Below are positions 33,341-34,564 of a DNA stretch of 34,564 nucleotides, one piece after another. Below the pieces are notes generated by a model. That model had not been told where the DNA came from. It was given only the letters and a program-made list of their open reading frames with translations, and did not search any database. The stretch is from the IMG/VR virus record IMGVR_UViG_3300037722_000464, positions 1-34,564 of that record, one strand, 5' to 3'. This DNA is from a virus (lineage: Duplodnaviria; Caudoviricetes). The translations under genes were made by a program, and so were the position numbers. Position 1 is the stretch's first letter. Each line of letters begins with the position of its first letter.

Positions 33341-33558
33341 CCATGAACGTTACCTTGACTTGTGGCACCTGTGGCCACAAAGGGGAATTTGACGATTTTT
33401 GCAAGACGCCGGTCGGCGGGGATCTTCCCCGTGGGGTTTATCAGTGTCCGGTTTGCAATCGGGCGGTCCGCGTGACGGCTGGCCCTGGCGTTCGCTTTCC
33501 TTCAGGGCTGTATGTGCCTGGGCCGATCACCCTTGTCCCTGTTGATGCGAGGCTGTGA
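33337..33558 (+). CDS. Zn-ribbon protein
   Basis: CGTC...CPVC; GGAG SD. Confidence 0.7.
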   Translation: MTMNVTLTCGTCGHKGEFDDFCKTPVGGDLPRGVYQCPVCNRAVRVTAGPGVRFPSGLYVPGPITLVPVDARL

Positions 33559-33559
33559 G

Positions 33560-33823
33560 ATGACCGAGGGGATGCGGCAATTGCCGTTAAGCGATATGCC
33601 CCTGAACGTGGACGCCAAACAACTGCTGGACAGATTGGCGACTTGGTCTGCGGGCGGTGTCGGAGGGATGTCTTTCGGGACCCTGATCTATCAAACAGGT
33701 TGGGTGCGTGATCGAGTAAGCGAGGGAGTTCAGGAGTTGCTCGATGCCGGTGTGATTATCAAGCAGGGACCTTGCGGAGAATATTATGTCAGAGCCAAGT
33801 GGGAACACTTCTTTGGAAAATAA
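33560..33823 (+). CDS. Small winged-HTH-like protein
   Basis: GAGG then ATG 33560. LIYQTGWVRDRVSEGVQELLDAGVI......YY. Confidence 0.55.
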   Translation: MTEGMRQLPLSDMPLNVDAKQLLDRLATWSAGGVGGMSFGTLIYQTGWVRDRVSEGVQELLDAGVIIKQGPCGEYYVRAKWEHFFGK

Positions 33824-34016
33824 TCTAGGGTCGAATCTGGCACGAATACGAAAAGAGGAGCGTCTTTCTGTCGACGGCCTGGCGTATCTCTGTGGCGTGT
33901 CGCGATGCACGATCTACAACATCGAGAGTGGGCACAAAGGAACTAAGGTCCCTCTGTTACTGAAAATCTGCAAAGCACTGGAGAAATCGCCCAACGAGTT
34001 GATTGGGTGGGTATAA
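33786..34016 (+). CDS. XRE-family HTH protein
   Basis: LGSNLARIRKEERLS...LA...GVSRCTIYNIESG....LLKICKALEKSPNELIG. Confidence 0.85.
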   Translation: MSEPSGNTSLENNLGSNLARIRKEERLSVDGLAYLCGVSRCTIYNIESGHKGTKVPLLLKICKALEKSPNELIGWV

Positions 34017-34028
34017 GGGGGGGATTTA

Positions 34029-34451
34029 GTGGAACAACTTGCGATAGCGATAACAGGGTGCGTTGCGATCTGGCTGGCAAACGATCAGCGCCAACCGTGG
34101 CGCAAGTGGGCCAGCGTATTCGGGTTGGTTGGACAACCGTTCTGGTTCTATTCGGCGTTTATAGCTGAACAGTGGGGGATTCTGGCGTTGTCGTTTGTTT
34201 ATACGGCAGCGTGGGTGCGGGGGCTGGCGGCATTTATTACGGAGGATGTTGTGGAAAAGACAAAGAGACCTTACATGGACATGGCTGGGAACAAATGCAC
34301 CGTCTCGGAAATGATGAAGGCTGAACCGGAATGGGCCATGAGCCGGGTTTTGTTGGCACAAGAGTATGAAGATCTTATTTTTAAAATCAATCGGACGATG
34401 GGGCCGGATTGGGTTCAGCGAATGGCAAATTGTTTGCCTGATATTGGGTAA
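34029..34451 (+). CDS. Membrane protein (hydrophobic N-terminal half) fused to a small soluble domain
   Basis: Hydrophobic residues 1-70 (GLVGQPFWFY...QWG). Stop TAA 34449-51 lies inside the R box of site D. Confidence 0.75.
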   Translation: MEQLAIAITGCVAIWLANDQRQPWRKWASVFGLVGQPFWFYSAFIAEQWGILALSFVYTAAWVRGLAAFITEDVVEKTKRPYMDMAGNKCTVSEMMKAEPEWAMSRVLLAQEYEDLIFKINRTMGPDWVQRMANCLPDIG

Positions 34452-34531
34452 CGCCACTGATAACCGGTGGCGACGGATGGAACGGCAAGGGCACTGCGAC
34501 CCATTCCATCCGGTTGATCAGATTGTTAGAA
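34446..34531 (-). other. attC-like recombination site D
   Basis: GGGTAAC, 6 nt, GATAACC-GG-TGG ... CCA-T-CC-GGTTGATC, 5 nt, GTTAGAA. The fold leaves G34516 and T34509 extrahelical on the + strand, the canonical G and T. Confidence 0.87.
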
Positions 34532-34564
34532 ACACAAACCACAACAGGAGAATACGAAGATGAC

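Larger units (their letters stand above)
1..34564. mobile_element. Temperate podovirus-type phage genome (complete or near-complete), attP form
   Basis: Only phage-type modules are present (head, short tail, ejection proteins, terminase, lysis, int, cI/cro, early genes). The att core is flanked by phage genes on both sides and no host housekeeping genes are seen. Confidence 0.93.

Noticed and set aside
1-34564. Specific host assignment (Desulfuromonadales/Geobacter-like)
   Set aside because: High GC, spanins (Gram-negative host), the tRNA-Phe fragment and inverted attC sites are compatible with it, but a database match is needed.

Overview
The window is most or all of a GC-rich temperate podovirus genome in the non-integrated state. 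An intact attP (3' half of tRNA-Phe plus terminator, 25555-25639) sits between the lysis genes and the integrase, with phage genes on both sides. Gene order: Mor/C-type late activator, portal, scaffold, major capsid, decoration, tail adaptor and nozzle, ejection proteins, terminase, tailspike, lysis, attP/int, repressor/cro switch, candidate DnaA-box origin with wHTH initiator, then a second tyrosine recombinase and small early genes. The main finding is an integron-like cassette array at the end of the early region, split by the window edges. It has three attC-like sites on the minus strand (34446-34531, 120-224, 433-517) and an attI-like simple site (1481-1502). Each complete cassette has perfectly complementary ends (9 and 13 bp). 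No IntI is encoded in the window, so the phage may use a host integron integrase. The attI-proximal cassette is a C5 DNA methyltransferase apparently split across two overlapping frames. Other oddities are a shared N-terminal leader on three head proteins, a Sec-like signal peptide on the tailspike, a tail-fibre-like domain inside TerL and a structured RNA upstream of the capsid gene. All calls come from reading the sequence; no searches were run.
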